Below are positions 59,733 to 64,000 of a stretch of DNA of 64,000 nt, in pieces; the first letter of the stretch is position 1, and each line of letters opens with the position of its first letter. Under the pieces are notes generated by a model, which worked only from the letters and a program-made list of their open reading frames with translations, did no database searches and was not told where the DNA came from. Source of the stretch: Allomuricauda sp. (GTDB lineage Bacteria; Bacteroidota; Bacteroidia; Flavobacteriales; Flavobacteriaceae); assembly GCA_030148305.1 (NCBI GenBank), contig JASBTS010000097.1, positions 25,631 to 89,630 of the forward strand, written 5' to 3'. The translations under genes were made by a program, and so were the position numbers.

Positions 59733-61139
59733 ATGAAAAACCATTTTATAACAGATAATTTTTTGCTGCAAAACAAATTTGCGGAAGAACTCTATCATGA
59801 TCATGCGGCAAAACAGCCCATCATAGATTATCATTGTCACTTGCCCCCGGATCAAATTGCAGCGGACCATATTTTTGAGAATCTCACCGAGGTTTGGATC
59901 AATGGCGATCACTATAAATGGCGAGCCATGCGGGCAGCAGGGATGAATGAAAAATATATTACAGGAGACGCAAGCGATCTTGATAAATTTCAAGCATGGG
60001 CAGAAACTGTTCCACAAACCCTTAGAAATCCATTATACCATTGGACGCATCTGGAATTGAAGCGGTATTTTGATATCGATTTGCTTTTGAACAAAGAAAC
60101 CGCCCAAGAAATATATCAGGAGGCCTCAACAAAACTGAACAGCGGTGCCTATAGTTGCCAAAACCTGATCCAGAGAATGAATGTTGAGGTGGTCTGTACC
60201 ACGGAAGACCCAACGGATACCTTGGAACATCACCGGAAAATAACCAAGAGCGGATACGGGGTCCACATCAGTACTTCATTCAGGCCGGACAAAGCATTGC
60301 TCATTTCCCACGAGGGATACCAAAGGTATCTACAGGAATTGGAAAAGGCGGGCGATATGAAAATCACCTCTTTCAAAACGTTATGTGATACCCTGTCCAA
60401 ACGAATCGAATTTTTCCATGAAAATGGTTGCAGGCTCTCCGATCATGGGTTGAGCTATATCCCTTTTGCCGAAGCTTCTCCTACTGAAATAGAATCTATC
60501 TTCACCAAGAAACGAAAAGGAGAGAACCTAACTCCTTTGGACGCTGATAAATACCAAACGGCACTGTTGTTATTTTTGGGAGAACAATACCATGCCAAGG
60601 GTTGGGTGCAACAGTTTCATCTGGGCGCCTTGCGAAACAATAATTCCCGAATGTTGAACAAACTGGGGCCGGATACAGGTTGGGATTCCATTGGGGACTA
60701 TCCGCAGGCTTATACCTTATCCCGGTTTTTGGATGCTTTGGATGTCAAGGACAAACTGACTAAGACTATTTTATATAATTTGAATCCATCCGACAATGAA
60801 GTTTTGGCTGCCATGATCGGTAATTTTAATGATGGCAGTGTAAAAGGAAAGATGCAATTTGGTTCTGGTTGGTGGTTTTTAGATCAAAAAGATGGTATCA
60901 CAAAACAATTGAATGGGCTGTCCAACATGGGATTGTTGAGTTGTTTTATTGGTATGCTGACGGATTCCAGAAGTTTTCTTTCCTATCCTCGACATGAATA
61001 TTTTAGAAGAATTCTTTGTAATCTTCTGGGTGAAGAGATTCAGAAGGGCGAATTGCCCGATGATATGGAATTAATAGGCAATCTAGTTAAGGATATTTGC
61101 TATGGAAATGCCAAAGAGTATTTTAATTTTCAGGTCTAA
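59733..61139 (+). CDS. uxaC: Uronate (glucuronate) isomerase
   Basis: PIIDYHCHL, GDHYKWRAMR, NPLYHWTHLEL, GPDTGWDSI, GSGWWFLDQ and GMLTDSRSFLSYPRHEYFRR. Confidence 0.96.
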   Translation: MKNHFITDNFLLQNKFAEELYHDHAAKQPIIDYHCHLPPDQIAADHIFENLTEVWINGDHYKWRAMRAAGMNEKYITGDASDLDKFQAWAETVPQTLRNPLYHWTHLELKRYFDIDLLLNKETAQEIYQEASTKLNSGAYSCQNLIQRMNVEVVCTTEDPTDTLEHHRKITKSGYGVHISTSFRPDKALLISHEGYQRYLQELEKAGDMKITSFKTLCDTLSKRIEFFHENGCRLSDHGLSYIPFAEASPTEIESIFTKKRKGENLTPLDADKYQTALLLFLGEQYHAKGWVQQFHLGALRNNNSRMLNKLGPDTGWDSIGDYPQAYTLSRFLDALDVKDKLTKTILYNLNPSDNEVLAAMIGNFNDGSVKGKMQFGSGWWFLDQKDGITKQLNGLSNMGLLSCFIGMLTDSRSFLSYPRHEYFRRILCNLLGEEIQKGELPDDMELIGNLVKDICYGNAKEYFNFQV

Positions 61140-61287
61140 TGGCATGTAAGGTTTTAAAAGATAAATAAATTTATGAGGGTTTTCGGAGCATATTTTACCA
61201 TGAATTTTGTTGATTTGATGGTGTACAATTTCGGTATACCATTAAAATTATGTTTCTTAGACCATTCTCCAACCGCTCAATGAATTT

Positions 61288-62526
61288 TTGACAGTGTCTT
61301 TCAAGTTAAAAAAGGAAATTTCAATAGTAGTTTTGGCAGCGGTGGCCATTATTGTGGCCATGGTTTTTGTTTTCCGGGATAAAGTGGAATATCAAACAAT
61401 TACTAAAACAATGCCGGTGCATTACAATGGTGAGCAATTTGCCGGGTCGCAATCCTGTATCCCCTGCCATCAAAATATTTATAAAACCCACATCAACACC
61501 CCCCATTTCAACACCTCGGCTATTGCTAGTGAAGAGACGTTGAAAGGGCCTTTCAATGATTCATCCCATGAGGTGGAACTTATTGATGGTGTGGCACGGA
61601 TGATACATGAGGGAGATGCTTATTATCAAACCATATCTTCCAAAACTTCAGATGAATTGATAGATAAGTCCCGTTTGGACATTGTTGTTGGTTCCGGGGT
61701 AAAAGGACAATCCTATTTGACGTTCAATGAAGATTTTCTTACTCAACTGCAGGTTTCTTATTTTACGCTAACAGATGATTTTATCAATAGTCCAGGCTAT
61801 CCAAACTATAGGTTTACCAGATCGGTCACGGATAATTGTATCAAATGTCATGTTACGTTTGCCAAGAACGGGGACTTTAAGGGGAATACCAATATTTATG
61901 AAAGAGAGTCCTTTATTTACGGTATCGATTGTGAAAGGTGCCATGGCCCACTACAGAAGCATGTGGACTTTAGAACTGGGAACCTTCAGCAAATGAAGGA
62001 AGATGTAGTGATCAAGATAGACACGTTGGCGAGGCAATTAAAAATGGATATTTGTGTGCAGTGTCATTCAGGATTGCGTGCCATTCAAATAAAGGATAAT
62101 CCTTTTTCATTTGTAACTGGGGAAAAACTTGATGACTATGCCAAAAACTACAACTTTGGACGACCTGAGACCCAGCTTGATGTACATGGCAATCAGTATG
62201 GACTTCTTAAAAGCAGTGAGTGCTATAAAAACTCAAGTACAATGAGTTGCACCACATGTCATGACCCGCATCTAAATCAGCGTGGGGAAACCGATCATTT
62301 TAACGCAAAATGCGTTGAGTGTCATGCATTGCCGAAGGATTTGCACAAGAGTCCAAACCTTAACTCCTCCAATCTCAATAATTGCATTAGTTGCCACATG
62401 CCGCTTTTTCCTTCGCAAACCATGAAAGTGCAACTCGGGAAGGACACACAGGAAACATCGGTCAATATCCGGACACATCTTATTGGTATCTATGTGGACG
62501 GGATGCTCCAAAAACGAAAAAACTGA
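61288..62526 (+). CDS. Membrane-anchored multiheme c-type cytochrome (7 CxxCH)
   Basis: N-terminal TM helix; CIPCH, CIKCH, CERCH, CVQCH, CTTCH, CVECH and CISCH. Confidence 0.85.
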   Translation: MTVSFKLKKEISIVVLAAVAIIVAMVFVFRDKVEYQTITKTMPVHYNGEQFAGSQSCIPCHQNIYKTHINTPHFNTSAIASEETLKGPFNDSSHEVELIDGVARMIHEGDAYYQTISSKTSDELIDKSRLDIVVGSGVKGQSYLTFNEDFLTQLQVSYFTLTDDFINSPGYPNYRFTRSVTDNCIKCHVTFAKNGDFKGNTNIYERESFIYGIDCERCHGPLQKHVDFRTGNLQQMKEDVVIKIDTLARQLKMDICVQCHSGLRAIQIKDNPFSFVTGEKLDDYAKNYNFGRPETQLDVHGNQYGLLKSSECYKNSSTMSCTTCHDPHLNQRGETDHFNAKCVECHALPKDLHKSPNLNSSNLNNCISCHMPLFPSQTMKVQLGKDTQETSVNIRTHLIGIYVDGMLQKRKN

Positions 62527-62690
62527 TCGTTTAAGAAATCGGATATCGGATAAAACACTTTAGGTATTCGTCAAGAAACTTCCTATATTTTATAAAATTC
62601 TTGAATTTGGGTCTATTTTGTTCCCAACTCCCTAAATCTAATTGGTCATAATAGTATTTTCCCTAGCGATTAATTCAAAGAAAATATGTT

Positions 62691-64000
62691 ATGCAAATAA
62701 AAGAAGCGCCGGAATTCTATGATGTGATCATTGTAGGTTCTGGAGCGGGAGGTGGTATGGCAACTAAACAACTGGCAGATGCCGGATTGAATGTTGCTGT
62801 GGTCGAGGCAGGTCCATTTTTTGATCCTGCCGACCCTAAAACCATGACCCAATTAAAATGGCCTTATGAGTCTCCAAATAGAGGGGCAGGTACTACAAGA
62901 GCTTTTGGAGGATGGGATATGGCCTACGGAGGATGGGAGATTGAGGGAGAGCCTTATACCCACGAACCCGGGACAAAATTTGATTGGTTCCGTTCCCATA
63001 TGTTGGGAGGTAGGACCAATCACTGGGGAAGGATTTCACTTCGTTTTGGGCCAAAGGATTTTAAGGGGAAAACTCGCGATGGTCATGGGGATGATTGGCC
63101 CATCGGCTATGAAGATGTAAAGCCCTATTACGATAAGGTGGACAAACTCATCGGGGTCTATGGTACCAATGAAGGACTTGAAAATGATCCTGATGGATTT
63201 TTTCTACCCCCACCGAAACCGAGATTACATGAACTCTTCTACATCAATGGAGCCCAAAAATCCGGTGTTCCCGTGATACCTGGTCGACTTTCCATGTTGA
63301 CGAAGCGAATTAACAAGGACAGAGGTGTTTGCTTTTACTGTGGACAGTGTTCCAGGTCCTGTTCGGTGTATGCCGACTTTTCATCTGGTAGTTGTTTGAT
63401 ATTCCCGGCACAAAAAAGTGGAGGTAAGGTAAAAATTTATGTCAATTCGGTGGTTCGGGAAGTAACTACGGATGAAGAAGGAAAGGCCACAGGGGTGTCC
63501 TATATCAGCAAGGATGATAGAAAAGAATACAAACTAAAAGGAAGGGTTGTGGTGCTTGCCGCATCTGCCTGTAGTTCTGCCCGTATCCTGTTGAATTCCA
63601 AAAGCAAACAACACCCCAATGGATTGGGTAACAGCAGTGACCATGTGGGTAGGTACCTGCATGATTCCACCGGGGCTAGTCGTGCCGCATTTATTCCTGC
63701 TCTAATGAACCGAAAGGTTTCGTACAATGAAGATGGTACTGGGGGTATGCACGTTTATTCCCCATGGTGGGGCGACAACAGCAAATTGGATTTCCCCCGG
63801 GGTTACCATATTGAAGTCGGGGGAGGAATGCGTCAGCCCAACTACGGATTTGGTTTTGATGCCAATGAATTCAATAAATTCTTTGGGCTCAATATTGGGG
63901 GATATGGCGATGTTCTTCGAGACGATGTGAAAAAATATTACGGTTCCGTGGTACACATGGCAGGTAGGGGAGAAAGTATCGCCCTAAAAGAAAATTACTG
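62691..64000 (+). CDS. GMC-family FAD oxidoreductase (glycoside 3-dehydrogenase catalytic-subunit type); runs off the window end and is absent from the ORF track
   Basis: Hand translation gives MQIKEAPEFYDVIIVGSGAGGGMATKQLADAGLNVAVVEAG, LGGRTNHWGRISLRF, Cys cluster CFYCGQCSRSC and GLGNSSDHVGRYLHD. The reading frame at the window end matches the start frame. Confidence 0.9.
   Translation, partial: MQIKEAPEFYDVIIVGSGAGGGMATKQLADAGLNVAVVEAGPFFDPADPKTMTQLKWPYESPNRGAGTTRAFGGWDMAYGGWEIEGEPYTHEPGTKFDWFRSHMLGGRTNHWGRISLRFGPKDFKGKTRDGHGDDWPIGYEDVKPYYDKVDKLIGVYGTNEGLENDPDGFFLPPPKPRLHELFYINGAQKSGVPVIPGRLSMLTKRINKDRGVCFYCGQCSRSCSVYADFSSGSCLIFPAQKSGGKVKIYVNSVVREVTTDEEGKATGVSYISKDDRKEYKLKGRVVVLAASACSSARILLNSKSKQHPNGLGNSSDHVGRYLHDSTGASRAAFIPALMNRKVSYNEDGTGGMHVYSPWWGDNSKLDFPRGYHIEVGGGMRQPNYGFGFDANEFNKFFGLNIGGYGDVLRDDVKKYYGSVVHMAGRGESIALKENY

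Noticed and set aside
1-64000. Mobile elements, phage or defence genes, invertible promoters, rRNA/tRNA
   Set aside because: No transposase, integrase, recombinase, nuclease or structural-RNA signature was recognised by eye. A covariance-model scan was not possible.

Overview
A 64 kb carbohydrate-utilisation island from a Bacteroidota genome. Gene content, SD-less A-rich start regions and TAnnTTTG promoters suggest a marine Flavobacteriaceae (inference). It holds five blocks. (1) 1-15.6 kb: a LacI-linked PUL with SusC/SusD, GH109, two DUF4832-type lipoproteins, an HGSNAT/NagX-like membrane acetyltransferase, a GHMP kinase and a convergent GH31. (2) 16-29 kb: GH43 plus a fructan-type PUL (BT1754-like hybrid sensor, MFS, GH32, SusC/D) with no fructokinase. 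(3) 29.3-37.3 kb: a GH5-like/galM/'glutaminase A-like'/galK/galT/esterase operon. (4) 37.4-50 kb: a LytTR-linked SusC/D locus flanked by two GH29 fucosidases. (5) 50-64 kb: an NrtR-linked hexuronate operon (SDR, uxuA, TRAP, uxaC) interleaved with 3-keto-glycoside-type redox enzymes, then a 7-heme cytochrome and a GMC oxidoreductase absent from the ORF track. No rRNA, tRNA, CRISPR or mobile element was seen. The best novelty candidates are a putative 're-acetylate then hydrolyse' PUL for alpha-GalN/GalNAc/Gal polymers, a redox route into glucuronate catabolism, a recurring GTTAGTTT+terminator element complementary to susC start regions, and several readable operators. All family calls come from motif recognition by eye; no database search was run.
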